A stretch of 63,030 nucleotides of DNA, filler included, from Sluysia triapertura (taxonomy: Eukaryota): NCBI GenBank assembly GCA_046118255.1. It is 5 parts of 5 records of this genome, joined end to end, with 100 filler letters (N's around TTAATTAATTAA, not from the genome) between each part and the next. Parts side by side here need not be neighbours in the genome. Positions count along the whole stretch, not along the records: positions 11,235 to 22,532 come from JBJNIA010186245.1; positions 22,633 to 37,793 come from JBJNIA010236665.1; 3 more parts are not named here. The stretch is one strand, 5' to 3'. Positions within the stretch are counted from its first letter, which is position 1; every line of letters begins with the position of its first letter. Made by a program: the position numbers and the translations under genes. The notes under the pieces were generated by a model, which ran no database searches, was not told the origin of the DNA, and saw nothing but the letters and a program-made list of their open reading frames with translations. This document shows positions 11,235 to 25,868 of this stretch, piece by piece.

Positions 11235-14200
11235 ATTAACACAAAAATTTTTTAGAATATTGATTTATTTCTAATATATATATATTAATACATTTATAAC
11301 TATTGTGTGTGAACATATATTTAACAAATGTGAACATAACATACATTTAACAATAAAAATAAAATTAATTTTATGAATAAAGTTAAATAAATTAAATTGA
11401 AATATACAAATAGATAAAAACATAAAAATTATTTATTAAAATCTACAGAATTTTATGTTTTATAATTTTATATTTTATAATTCGTGTCTGTGAAAAGGTT
11501 AATAACGTTTAATCATTAATATATGAATACAAATGAATAAAGGAAAATCACCATATATGATCAAGTATTCGAATGATTTATCCTTCTACCACCCGTGATG
11601 CGGTACTGATGATTTTTGTACATGACTTCACACATGAAACACACCATATTTCTCTCAAAGTCTTCTACTTCACAGTATACACTTTCTATCATTCAAATAA
11701 GACCTATTACTAAATAAGTACTTAAAAGATAATTATAAGAATGGTAAATTAAAATAAATAATAATAATAATATCACTTTAATTGTAATGACAATAATAAC
11801 AGTAATAATAACAACCATACTAATTGTTTTGTGTATTGTCATTGCATTTTATTAAATATTCTTTCCTTTATAAATTTATTTCTTCAAATACTTCATTTAG
11901 ATTAATAAGTCAGGATGTAAACAAATAAAAATTCAATTATTGGAACGAAATTTGTATATATTGTTTTGACGTCCTTATTATTAATGCTTATCCGTCGTAG
12001 GGCAAACATTATGAAATACAAATACGAATTCATTGTTTTGAAATTTGGTAAATATGATTTACTTTTAATTACTTTAAAACAAGTTTTGTAATTCATATTT
12101 AATTCGCAAATTTTCAACACTTTAAATTTCGATATCTAAAAATTGTTGAATACAAATTTTATTATTTAAAGTTTATTAGCAATAATTGAATAACTAGTTA
12201 GTTGTCACACTTCATAACTAGTTAGTATGAGATTAACTTGATTAAGGGTGATACAAGTCACTCATACCAGATTTTCAGTTTTATACATATTGCTTTAGAA
12301 TTTAGTACCTTCATTGTAACAAAATATACATTATTCATACCAATTTCTAAGTTATCATCTATAAAAAGACGTGTGATCAACACTAAAAGTGAAGTATCAC
12401 TGGGAAACAGGTTTGAATGAGCTTATGGTGATACCCCTTACAGATTGATCTGTTTAGAGCATCGTCTTTCCGTTTTTAACATAATAAGGACTTCAGCAAC
12501 CAATTTTAAAACGGTATCTTCAAACGTTCTTAATTTATACAACGGCATCTAAGTCTATTTAGGTTGCATTGGTTTCTTGATTCAGACACATAATTGGTGG
12601 TAATGTTGTTAGATACTAAGTGCAGTATACTAAGATGCAGAATATTGCGAATCCGAAATAAGTATTAAAAATTTCATTAAAATGCATATTACTTTACAAA
12701 TTAACAAAATAATAACATAATATCGTAAAATCCTTTTTTGTACGATCAATAGCATCAATAATAATTATATTTTAACATCTATAATTTTTAATAATTATTT
12801 TTAATTTTTGTAGTATTAAGATAACATAATTTTAATTTTTCTTTTTTTTGTAATACATTAAATACTTATTTCGTGATGGATATTAGAGTTACATAAATTA
12901 ATTATTTAATTAGTATTAATAATAAATTAACTTTTAGTGGAGATTAGTTTCATTAATATTCCATATATCCATTCATTAATATTCACTAATATTTATTTGT
13001 GTGTAAGGATATTTTCTCAAAAATAACCCCAATTTGTAGCATTCTACATAAATGTAACCATTACGATGCCATCTTATAACAATTGGTACATTTTTCTGAT
13101 TATGGAAAACTTTGTACGAAACAAAAACGAGTTTTTAAATTGACCTATTTGTGTTTTAACAATCGACATCGAAATAATTGTTTTTTATATAATTTTAATG
13201 GTATGTTTATTGTGAAATTTGTTTCTACTTATTTAAACATCTTATATCTCGAATCTCTAATAACGTGCATATTTAATTTCCAGAGGAGAAAAATTATTTG
13301 TAGTGCTGAAAAGATATTGTTTTTACTTATTTATACCTTCTTAATATCTTTTTACAGTACTAGACTGATCTGGAGTTGTCTGTAAACTGTATTTTTTTAT
13401 TAACAAATGACCGAAACAAAAATGAGTAATACAAGCAAATTTGAGGTTCTAATGTGAGTTAGAAAGGTTAAGGTTATTTGTAATTTAACGTAGTTTTTGA
13501 ATATTTATAATTGTAGGAGAATTGTACAAAAATGTTGAAATTAATGATAGGAATAAATTTAAGGTTTGTTGTTACTTGTTTGGATTACTTGTTTGATAAT
13601 TACTTATTTGGAAGGTGATTGCATGTTTATTATATTTTGTGGTGGATTATAGCGATGAAGAAAATTTTGTAGAAAGTTTAGTGAGTTTTTGGGTTAATAA
13701 AATTGGATTGCATGTTCGTTCATCACAACATCTTTAAAATGGTTAGACAAAATTTACAAAAAGATTTTACGTAGATTTTATATGTAAATTTTGTAACACA
13801 CAAAACACACAAACTGATGATTTTTATAACACATGCACACAAATTGATTTTTATTGACTGTAACATATTTGTAAAGAATTAATTTTTATCGATTTATAAC
13901 AACTGAATTAATTTTATTGATTAGTTTTTAATTTTTGTTAATTGGATTTATTTTTGGATTTTTAAAGTAAATTTTTTTATTGACTTTAAAATTCTGATCA
14001 TTAATTATTTAAAATATTTATAACGTGGTTTATAAAAAATTATTTATTTTTAATTTTGTTTCAATTCGATCAAAGACGAAAATATGTAAAATATTTTTAA
14101 GAATAAATTATATTAACTCCTTTGAATTTTCATTACTATAAATTAAATAGCTTCAACTATAAAATCCGTCTTCTTTTATGCTTTCAAACGCTAGAATTTA

Positions 14201-15699
14201 TATCTAGCAAACAAAATAACCTTTAAAGATTCCATATAAAGGAATCAACGAAAAATCGGCCTATAAATTCGATTATTATTATTATTAATTCTTTTAAATA
14301 AATTTCAATTGCCTCCAGACGACTAAAAGTTTTTAATACACATTTGCTTCCAGACAGCTAAGAGTCTTTTAGTGCACATTACTTTTTGAAACTTTCTTTT
14401 AAAATCCAACGGCTGGCTCTAACTGGTAAGCCCAGTACGTTGGTGAACTCACAATAAGTTCTTAATTTTATATATTGTTGATTTAATTATATGGTTTGTT
14501 ATTATTATTCGCTAAGTTAATTATTAATCTCCTAACTTTGTTATCGAAAATTTAATTAACATCTTCACTAATGAGAAGGTTACTTCTGCGCTTAATGCAC
14601 CTAAATAATTTGTTATTCTCAAAGTTTACATTTCAAATACAAAAATAATGAAAACAGGTTTTATCTTTGTTACAAATTAAAATATAAAAAGAGGGCTTAT
14701 AATCACATTGTCTACAGATCACATTTGGATTACCTTGAATAAAACTTTCAGTCACCATGATTAATTTACTCACACTAGTCAGTATAACTGAACTTCGTAA
14801 AGTGTAAAAACTTAATGTATTGTGTAAAAATTTAATGTAATTTTTCTTTAAACCTTAATTAAATTTTTTAAATTATTAATAGTGTAAAATTTAATATCTG
14901 TATTTTAAATCATTAAATATTTAGAATAATTAATTCAAGAATAATTTATAAATATTTAGAATAATCTTTTATTTTGTAAAATAATTAGAATAATTAAATA
15001 GATTTAAAAAATTTTATAGCATATTTCATTAATTTTTTATCTCTGAAAATTTGTAATAAAAACTTTTATTTCAAAAAATTATTACTAATTTATCATTACT
15101 TAACATATGATTTTATGGAATATAAAACGATACCACAAGTTAATCTTTACGCACAATAATTCACGATAATTTTACACAAATTAATCTTCGCACCGGTTTT
15201 ACGTTGATTCGTGTGTCAAGTCAAATCATACAATTTATTCGATAATTCACCTAATTTCGTTGATTGTCAACACTTGAACTATATATTGGACACTGATGCT
15301 TACCGAGGATGTTTAATCAATTTCATGTTCCATGAAATTATTAGGTTTTTAAAATCTTACAATTAATGCAGGATTAAACTTCTACTCAAAATACTGAATA
15401 TTTAAAAAATCTAAGAATTTTTCCTGAATTAAAATCTAGTTTAAAATATAAGACAAAAGTTAAGAGAAATCTTAAATATGTAATTTATTGTTATAATTAT
15501 ATCTCGTTGCTTACCATATTATTTTATCCATTTATGTTTAATAAAATTTTCCGAGTATTTTTAGTATTCTTTTGTTAATAAAGAAACATTAGTTAAGAAT
15601 TTATATAACATCGTTTAGTTTTAATTGTATGTAAAGATTAAAGATTAAGAATAGTAAATAACTAAAGGAAGTATAGTAAACTAACAGAGTTAAGAAAAC

Positions 15700-17010
15700 T
15701 AATTATTGAAATAAGTTTGAAAGACAAACCGTCATTCGAAATATTAATTTTAATTTGCAACGAGATTATGGAAAGCTTAATCGTAGAATCTGACTAATAA
15801 AACCTGGAACAACGTAGTTAATTCAGGCGAAATCATATTTGATAGATTCTAGTAGAAATGGCAGCAACTTCAATGATTTCCACTGAAGTCTTCAGGACAG
15901 CAACATTGTCTAATATTCCGACACTCCAAGACTCAATACAACTAGTCATAAGAGAAATTTGAACAGTGACCCGTATGCACATGATTTAATGTGCATGCAT
16001 GATGCGTTTGACCACACTATTAACTTCTTGCACTGAAGATTCGCACATAGAAGAAACGTAGTACCACTATTTGTATTGAAAAAAGGTAAAAGATATTCTT
16101 TTTACTTGAGATTTCAAATGTTACGTTATTCAGAAGAAAATATTGATTAGCCTTCAAACAGCATAACATTTTATTAACAAAAAGATTAATAAAAGAGAAT
16201 TAACACATGAGTAGACTCGTTCATACAGGCCAATTATATAACACGATTAAAAACTAGGTAGTGAGCTAAATAACGGAACTTGATATTACTTCGAACTCGA
16301 TTAAAACGTGGCTTTCAAAATACACAATCACAAGTACCAATCACATTCTGAACATCGAATCCTGGACATAGAAAGCATATCTCTAAGATGCTAGGCCACG
16401 TATGTATATATAGTGATTTCCAGGTTTAAATAATTTAAAATGCTCGTAAATTCATATTACTATGACTTCATATGTTCAAAACGTTTAACTTTAACATCCG
16501 ATTCGTCATTCGTTGAATGGAGCTTCGAGCAATCCAAACTAATTGTGAACTGGCTCCATTTTGAATGTCTAAATTTAAAACTTTTGACTTTAGCATCTAG
16601 TTCCTCATATTTCAAATGGCCTACACGTGACTCCTTATACAAACCATCTAAAACATTTGGATTCACGTGTAGGCGATCCAAGTACAAAGTGGTAAATGTA
16701 CGATACGAAGTACTGACCTGCTTAAGTATGCAGAGGCTGACGTAACATTAGACTTGGCATAATTCATAACTATGTCAATTATTAAACAGCATTGAATTGT
16801 CGTTTATAAAATCTCGTTCGTTAAGGTGGTAAGTAGACAAACTCTGAGTAATATTTGAACGTCAATTAGAAGGGATTCACTATTGTCTACATAGACTTCA
16901 CTTCTGTCGTCATCAAGAACCAGAAATCTTAACTTAGCGTCTATCTCAACTAAATTCATATTTTCGAGACCTGCCATTCAAATTTGTTATTTTAAAGTCG
17001 CCATTTCGAA
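15700..17010. pseudogene. Higher-GC, decayed coding-like island of unknown origin
   Basis: More complex than its flanks. Short ORFs on both strands are broken by stops. No diagnostic motif recognised. Confidence 0.25.
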
Positions 17011-18249
17011 TTTTAATTTTTAAATTTTTTGAATTCTATCTATAGAACCAAGGTAGACTTGATATATAGTTTTTATATTTAATAAAATAATTTGGTATCA
17101 TTTTAAAAAATTACTTATATTCTTAAATTAAACAATTTCTTTATGTTTAGTTCTTTACTTATCTCTTTAATTCTTTGTTATTAATGACATATTGCTTAAA
17201 ATAACGCATTTCTGATGATTGACAAAATATAAGCCGTAAGGACACAAGTAATTGTTTGGTGCACAGAATTATGACCTGTGATAACGATTATAAAACATAG
17301 GCATAATAAAAACACAAGTATGAAAATGATAATTATATGACAGTGGCGGTTATATTTATTGTAACATTAATATTATTATCTTAGAATTTGATTTAAATCG
17401 ACGATTTTATAATTATATTTTTTGAAGTTGAATGTAATAGTGAAGTTATGAGATGTTACGTGATATTATAAGTGAAATGTGTTATGATATCATCTTGTGA
17501 TAAAGCTTTCGTTTCTGTAAGTGGTGTTGTTAATATATTATGATTGTGGTAAATCATCTGATTTAAGATTCCGTTACATATTATTTTGATCCAAGTAAGG
17601 ACTAGCATTTATTGTAACTCTTGTATCACAGGCGAACTCCATTTAAGTATAATCTCTTTCCACTTATGATAGGATTATTCTTGTAAATAAAAAAAACTAT
17701 CGTTTTCAATGAATAAAAAACAAATAATTAAAATTTTAACACTATCTATTAAGGTAGTATTCAATTCCTTCATAATGGTTCTGTCAGAAAGAATTTGTCT
17801 TCCAATATATTATTTTAAAATTCTAATTCTACTACGATTATTTATTCTAATCAAATTCCATTCTACGTTTCGTTTAATCCTGGTACCGTCGAAAAAGATG
17901 TGAATTTCTTATGAATTCCACAATAATGCTTTTTAATGTTTAAATAGAAGTTTAAAATGTTTTGAATTAATGGATATATTTTCATACAATATTTTAAATA
18001 AACATTAAAAAATCAATCTTATAAAAATTCATAAAAATTAAAGTATAAAGATAGACTTAATAAACAGTATTCATTAAACAATCAATAGAATATTTATCGT
18101 TATTTTATAAATATAGTTCGATCATTACAAATTTATGCTGATGTTAGGATTAAAAAGTTTGTTCATATTTCAAACATAAATAAGGCAAATAAACTTTGTT
18201 AGATTAAACTTACAAAACATGAAAATTGGAAATTTGCCCTGACTGATGT

Positions 18250-19420
18250 GTTATGTTTATGTTTTTTTTATTGTGCTTTTATTTTTTAAAATTTCTGGTC
18301 ACAAACTGCTTATTATTGGATAGATTTAAATTAAATGATAGGACACATATTTGCTTCGTCAATTTGTAATAAGACAAACAAAATTAAATTTATATATTTT
18401 ATTTACTACAGGAAAATAAAATGTAAATGTAAATAATAAATATAAAATTTTATTTTAGTAGTAGTGGCATTAGTAGCAGTATTAGTAGAAGTGTTAATAA
18501 TGAAAACAAATTATTAATTAAAGAATTAGGAATGTGAAAGACTGGTTTTATTGTTTGTACATAAATTTTTTAAAGTAAGGTAAGTTACAGAGTGTTAACT
18601 AAAATTATATTACGAATAATATGAATCTTATTAAACATAACATGATTGTAGCGTATACTGTATGCATTATAATCTACGATATTTGAATCAATAAAAAACT
18701 TTGAAAGATTACATTAAAAAATTTATTAACTTAAGGCACAAATAAAACTCATTTCAAAAATGTGTTTGTAGTATTCTTTTTTGTAGCTCATTCATTTTCC
18801 GATTCAGCAGATCTTTTATTTGAACTTAGTTCAATTTGATCATTGGTCNNNNNNNNNNNNNNNNNNNNNNNNNNNNNNNNNNNNNNNNNNNNNNNNNNNN
18901 NNNNNNNNNNNNNNNNNNNNNNNNNNNNNNNNNNNNNNNNNNNNNNNNATAACATATGATAGTTTATTGCCGTTAGCAACTTTTTAATGTTTTACGTCTA
19001 AAGGTATTGCAGTTGTGGTTTTTTTGATTTTTTTAATGGTGCTTTTATTTTTTAAAATTTCTGGTCACAAATTGCTTATTATTGCACAAGTATTTGTTTT
19101 GTCATTTTTACGTAATATTCATCAATTTATAATATGAAATACAAAATTAAATTTTTATATTTCAATTACACAGGAAAATAAAATGTAAATTTTCACTGTA
19201 ATATTAAAATAATTACTTAAAAAATAGTGAAATAAAATGTAAATTTTTTATTTTAGTAATAGTGGCAATAGTAGCAGTATTAGTAGTATTAGTAGTGATA
19301 GCAGTAGCAGTATTAGTATTAGTAGTAGTAGTAGTAGTAGAAGTGGTAGTAGTAGTGTTAATGATGAAAACAAATTATTAATTAATGAATTAGTAATTGG
19401 GAATGTGAAAGACTGGTTTT
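18250..19420 (+). repeat. Local direct duplication (~18250-18550 vs ~19010-19420) flanking a 100-N gap (18849-18948)
   Basis: Shared blocks: TTTTTTAAAATTTCTGGTCACAAA.TGCTTATTATTG, ACAGGAAAATAAAATGTAAAT, an AGT-rich tract and GGAATGTGAAAGACTGGTTTTAT. Confidence 0.8.
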
Positions 19421-19720
19421 ATCAATTATCTAACTGGTGAATGGAAAAGAATGAAAAAGGTGAAGTATTGAAAAATTCAAAAGAAATCAATAAAAATTTA
19501 TGGATAGAATATTATAAATGTTGTTGCAGTAAGAATGATGAAGAATAAAACATTTATAGTAATGTGAACAACTGAAGAATACCTTCGATTTCTGAAACCT
19601 TCGGTGCTGAAACCTTTGGAAGCTTGAGATAGGTTTGGAAACCTCGGGAAGCATTCATGTACTTGTGAGTCGGGAGATTATCTATGACTTCATTAACATT
19701 TAAGAATCTTTGGGTCCTTT
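19420..19720 (+). repeat. Dispersed repeat family 1, copy C
   Basis: AAAACATTTATAGTAATGT..ACA.CT.AAGAATACCTT block shared with 50242-50560 and other copies. Confidence 0.65.
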
Positions 19721-19731
19721 TAGTAGTTGAA

Positions 19732-19796
19732 ATCAGTCTAGTCTAACACTTTTATTTTATTAAGTCAATTATACTATCATTATTCTAAATGGCATT
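19732..19796 (-). mobile_element. Truncated copy of the tRNA-like cassette with its conserved upstream flank
   Basis: rc reads ATGCCATTTAGAATAATGATAGT...AATAAAATAAAAGTGTTAGACTAGACTGAT, matching the upstream flank and first bases of copies 1-3. Confidence 0.6.
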
Positions 19797-21149
19797 TTTG
19801 TGAGAGATTGTTTTATGGTGAAAATCAAAAGTGATTGGATTGTGAGAAAGTATAAAAGGAAGTTGTGGAAAATTTTTATAACAGAATGATTGATATAAAA
19901 AAATATGGTGTTCCAGTATGGTTGAAGATCAATATTGCTTTAATTTTATAAAATATAATATTTATGTAATTTTTTTTGGCGATCCCCCTCTGACTTAAGA
20001 TTAATTTTTTTAATAATTTTTATATATTTTTTGGGAAAGTTTCCTTTGTTGACTGAAATAATTGAGAATTGTTTTGGGGGAATATCCCTTTTGATATAAC
20101 ATTAATTTAGTTAATAATTTTAATAATTAGTTTTTGGACAACTCCATTTTATTTATCTGCAAAATTTGGGAGAGTAAATTTAATTTTGTATTACGTCAGC
20201 CTTGGTTATTATTTTATTTGTGCTAATTATTATTTGCTTAATTTGTTAATAACTTATAATTAGGAAATTGATTAGAGCTGTCATTGTATTTTTACAATAT
20301 GTTGGATATTTTTATTCATATCTTTTGATCTTAAGTTTTAAATTTTGGTGTTAAATTAAAATAGATTTGATAGTAATAAGAAATTACAAAAGTAGAAAAT
20401 TGATTAGTACCATTGTTCAAATAAAAACTAATTGTGATAATTTGCATTCGATTTTGTGTTTACTAAATTTATTGAGATTTCCAAGATAAAATCATTTTGG
20501 TATTAAGTTATTATTTTTACGAATTCAATTAAAGACGCAACATATTCGTCAACCAATAACATTCACAAATAAAATACAAGTTTGATAATGAATGCTTTTT
20601 CCACTGAAATTTGAAATGGCATTAATGATGTAACCAATACACATTCGATTGAACCAACAGCCTATCAGTATATTTGCATAATAATTTTCTTTAAAAACAG
20701 TTACATAATAATTTGCGTAATTAATTTTGACATAATTTAAAATTATTATTATTAATTTTATTATTTACATTTCTTTCTTAATTCAACATTTTTTGTCTTA
20801 TTACACGATTTTACATAATTAACGTAAAATATTTTCAGGATTAGAATCCGGACTTAACGATTTTATAGAGAATTTATGAAAAGATTTAATTAATTTTAAT
20901 TTAATTAATTTGAAACTAAATTGCTTTCTTTAAGGTATTGTTAAAAAATCTGATTAATATTTTGAATTCACTCCTATTTCATCTAATTTCTTAACTTCTT
21001 TTTATTTCTATATTTACATGATCTTACATGAAGAGACATATGTTGGGGAATTATTGTGTGCAAATTTTCAAGGAAATCAATTGTCTGGCTCTAAACTATT
21101 AGACAATACAGTGAAAATAATATGAATTTTATTATATTATCAGTATTAT

Positions 21150-21359
21150 TATTTTCAGTCTATTTTATGAAGTCTTCCATAAATTCTCAAACCCTTATAG
21201 AGGTTTTTGGAACACCCAGGTATTCTTTAGATGTTAAAATTATTATAGATATTTTTATTTTCACGATTCTTTTTATAATACTTTGTATCAGTTCTTCCTT
21301 TATTTTATAGTTCTATATGTTTCTCGCTCTTCTTCTGATCTATAGTTGCTCAATCCCAA
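21150..21359 (-). repeat. Dispersed repeat family 1, copy D
   Basis: rc starts TATTGGGATTGAGCAACT and contains CATATAGAACTATAAAATAAAGGAAGAACTGATAC and CTAAAGAATACCT, as in copies F and G. Confidence 0.7.
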
Positions 21360-21429
21360 TAGTAAGTTATTCGTCGATTTAAGTAACTTGTCTGATTTGG
21401 GGTCTTAGGATTAATTTGATTTATACTTT

Positions 21430-21525
21430 TGTTAAACTTCATAAAATGGACTGGCCGATGATCGAACCCGCTACTTCCCCTGCACAGTTCGATGCTCTAC
21501 ACTGAGCTATCAGCCCTGTCTAACA
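21430..21525 (-). mobile_element. tRNA-Ala-like cassette with TG...CA inverted termini, copy 3
   Basis: rc: TGTTAGAC-AGGGCTGATAGCTCAGTGTAGAGCATCGAACTGTGCAGGGGAAGTAGCGGGTTCGATCATCGGCCAGTCCA-TTTT-ATGAA-GTTTAACA. Confidence 0.8.
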
Positions 21526-24500
21526 ATTTTATTTTATCATAATTAATATTACTATCGTGGCATTGTTGCGTCTTTAAAATTTATTAGTTATTCGAACTCA
21601 ATATTATTGTCTTACTTAGCTTAAAAGAACCTTAATAATTTTAATAGTCATTATATCACGTACAATTTCACCGTAATCTTTTATAATATTAACAATGATT
21701 ACCCCAAATTTAAGTTCTTGAAAATCAAATCAAAATTAACAGAAAATCGAAATATTATTTGTTATCAATAAGAATCTTTACTAAATACTGAGAACAACTA
21801 AAATGACAAAACTAACAATAGTGTTTATAATAAAATCAAGGATATTACAATCTAAATAAGACAAAACAACCAGGAGTGACGCAACAATACCATATCTAGA
21901 AAATTAATAGTAATTATGTTATTTAAATATTTTTGGTCAACGTAACAAAGAGTGATTACAATTACTAAATTTTTTGGCAATAATAACTTTAAAGAAAAAC
22001 GTAACAGTAATTTCTAGAGATAAAATACTTAATATTTTGATAGAATAAATTGCGTAGGGAGTTTCTATTCAATTTACCTTAAAAATAGCTGAAAATCAAA
22101 TATAATCTAAATAATAAAACCAGAAGTGACGCAAGAAACACTAAAAAATATGAATATACGGAAAATTTAAAATAGTAACGATGATTAAAATTGAACAGAG
22201 TGTCTCCCGCTAAAATTATCCTCAATTACCTAAAAATCAAATTATTTTTAAAATAAAATGGGTGTGTCTCCCACTAAGTAATAATAAAATTAAAAATAAT
22301 CAATTAAAATCAAAAATCAATTAAAATAATAATAATAATAATCAAACCAAAGCATGGATTTTCTCAATGGATTTTCTTGTAGTGTGATAATATTGTGTCG
22401 TAAAATTTAGAAATTTTTATTTTATACTCTCATCCTCCAATCAATTCCCAGTCTTACAACCAAACACTCTCTCACACAAATCATCCAAACCTCTTTGAGC
22501 ATCAGACCGACAATAACAACTTTGACAATTACNNNNNNNNNNNNNNNNNNNNNNNNNNNNNNNNNNNNNNNNNNNNTTAATTAATTAANNNNNNNNNNNN
22601 NNNNNNNNNNNNNNNNNNNNNNNNNNNNNNNNCGAGATCAAAGATGAGCAACCTCCAAACTCATGAAATTTCTATTCATCTCCCAAAATCTTCAGAATTT
22701 ATATTTTATTGAAATTAGTCTAGTTTAAATTGAATATGAAATGAACATTACAATATGTTAATATTAATTTAATATTAATGCCGGAACTTCATTTTTATTT
22801 ATTTCATGTTTATGCGGAAAAATGACCTCCAAATATGATACCATTCAATTCCTACTTCCTAATCTATTTTGGTTGCCCACTCTTGCATTAGATTATATAA
22901 ATGAAGTGATTTGAATGTAATATTTTAAAAGTTTATTCTCAAAATTTAGTAAAAATTTATGAATTGATATTGAGATTTTTGTGTAGAACTAACTTAGGAT
23001 TAAAGCATCAAGATAAAATAACTTAAGATATTCTAACTTTCAGATTATAACCTTCAATAATATCATATCTAATTGCAATATAAAATATCTACATGCTTAG
23101 AATAATAATTCTTTTCAACATATTTAACGAATATTCATGATATTCTTGAAGTGATTTTAAATACACATTAACTAGCTATTAATAATGAAAGTGTTGTTGA
23201 AGAATTTAATTGAATAGTAAAATAAATTTATTTCATATTGTCATTTTATTATTCTTGAAAGAATTTCTTGCTCTTTGTCTTTTTATATTATTTTCTACTA
23301 CATTTATAAATTTTTGTCATTTTATAATAACTAATCTCCACATAGTTTATTTTATTATACGACTAATTTCAGCTTTATATTATTTAAATTTCTGATATAT
23401 TATTTGGTTGACAATATTACAGTTTATATAATCATTCATATTCACTTAATTCCTAGTTATTTGTTGGCTTATGTTTTTTAGAATCCATTTCTTCATATTC
23501 ATCTTAATAAAATTATAGGTTTATTCTTTATTCCGACGCTATTGTTAAATTTTCAATTCATTGATTTGCAATTAGATGACGCGTGTTTTTCGAGTTCAAT
23601 TTTTATTTTTCTTTTCGTTTCTTTTTGGCTTTAGGATATTTAGGTTGTACTGAGATATTTTTTAATTTACCTTATTCATAATTTTCTATTAAAAAACTTC
23701 GAATTTTTAGATTAAAATTTTTATTTTATAGCTTTATAATAGAATCCAAAATGGGGCGGTGCAAAAAAACGTTCGAGTTTTGGACTATAATGTATATGAA
23801 AGAACTTGAATTATCTACTTCGCATCAAACAAATTTACTGAATAACCGAGATATATTGTTTTATCTTTATTTTAAATTGCTTAACCCTACAAAATTGTAC
23901 ACAGCTATTTTGATTTTTCATAATTAACACATTCTTTGCGAGAAAAGAATTAACACGTTCCGCACATAGTAATAAAGATTAAATAAATAATAAATATTAA
24001 TAAATATTTTAATAAATTAATAAAGAAATGTATTTATAATAAATAAATTATCGTAAGATAAATGTCCAAAAATCGCCCGCATATAATGAGTTATTGAGCT
24101 GAAGTTTTGAAACTTTTTTATTATAATTTTACAAGTATCCCGTACAATTTAAAATTATTTCCGCTTCATAAAACATGCATTTTTAATTATTATTTTCAAT
24201 TTTAATTTTGCGTTAGTCAAACATTGTAGGATTGCACACTGATGTTTTGAGCGGAATCAAAGCCATCTGCCAAGCGAAAAATTTAAACACAGCATCAACA
24301 TCATCATCATCAAGAAAATTCCGAGAAAAATGCTTTATTTTAATAATTATTTATTTATAATTCTGTTTTTATAAATATTCTGTCATATGCGAAAAGTAAA
24401 AATCTAAATGAATTTCTAGTATGTAGTAAATCCAACAATAATCCGTAATAAGTGTGCTTAAAAATGCAATTTATTGAAAATAAAGAAATATGTACTGCGG

Positions 24501-24677
24501 ACAATATTGTCCACGTAATTTTTTCTTTGTAATACTAGGATTAATGTTTTTTAATTAATTTAAATTATATGTTGATTTATTATTTTATAATCCAACAAGA
24601 ACAATATAATAATAATAACAATAACAATAATAATAAATGCTGTATTTAAAATATGTGCAATGAATCTTTGGCATCTA

Positions 24678-24901
24678 TTAACACGTTCGCTAAGAGGGCC
24701 GCATATGTGCGACGTATCAGTTCTTGCTTTTGAGCCCGGCGCCACAAATGTGTGAATTGTCTTCCTTATCAGTTTTTGATAGTGTTGAACTATTTTTTCG
24801 CAGTTAAAAAATCCATTGCCATTTAAAGTCATTTCATAAAAAAAATTTCATGGGCTGTGATACAAGATTTTTTTCTCAAGCTTCGGTAGCGAACGTATTA
24901 A
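24678..24901. mobile_element. piggyBac-type MITE, TIR family CACGTTCGCTA
   Basis: TTAA(24678-81)-CACGTTCGCTA ... TAGCGAACGTA-TTAA(24898-901). One mismatch between TIRs. Confidence 0.75.
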
Positions 24902-25811
24902 GGTAAACACATCTTACCAATTAAAATATTGAAAAAAATGGCTATCCAAAGAAAATTTAATTTCGTTCAACTAAAAACAATCACACGAAATTAATTTGTG
25001 AATAAATACACTCACGGGATCATGTGGATATTCATCATCAGGAACAACACATTCAATACCTAATATGCATGTATTGAAACCTTTTGTTCTCTGTTGATTC
25101 AATAATTTTCTTTCTTCCTAAATATCAAAAAGTCGATTATTCATTACATATTAATGTACTTTGTACTAAAATATTAACTAAAAATTAAATGAAATACAAT
25201 ATTACAACTTTATCTAATATAATTAAAACTTGATTTAAATATTAGCTTAAGTATCCATACGGTGAAAAATCTAGAAAGAGTTAATAAAATAGTGGAATAA
25301 CTGTATGGTATGACAAATGACAATATAAATTTCGTGTTTAAAAATAGCAAAGGTCAAAACTTAAAGCCTAATTTTAAATCAAATTCTAGGTTTTTGTATA
25401 ATGTGAGTATTACGAAAAGACCTATAATATATAGTAGTGGTTCTCAAAACCTATCGATTCGAAGATAACTTTATATAATTGAATCATTGGATCATTGGAT
25501 CATTTATTGGATCAAGTTACATAACCTAAACAAAGAATGTAGCAATAATGTCAAATGTTAAACACTATTCGTTGTTCAATAGAAATTTTTTGAACGCACT
25601 TATCAATAAATGAAAACCGTAACAGCGAACCACCACATTTCTTCTTGAGCAAGCCTGTCATTAAAATTTTATTGTTTACACAATCAATGTTTAATTAATT
25701 GGTTATTTTTTCAAAATTCAATGTTTAAAAAAGGCAGTCAATGACTTAAATTAAAAATATAAAATCTTGAACATAGTCATTCATAATTTCCATTACATAA
25801 AATTGACATAC

Positions 25812-25868
25812 TTAACATGTTCGCTGCGGGGACAAACATAAACTTCTACCTACGAGCGAACGTGTATT
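25812..25868. mobile_element. Minimal (~49 bp) derivative of the CACGTTCGCT MITE family
   Basis: TTAA-CATGTTCGCT...AGCGAACGTG-TATT. Same TIR as 24678-24901, right TSD degenerate. Confidence 0.55.

Noticed and set aside
13083-13570. Exon-like fragments with GT/AG borders
   Set aside because: I could not assemble an open spliced frame or recognise a motif.
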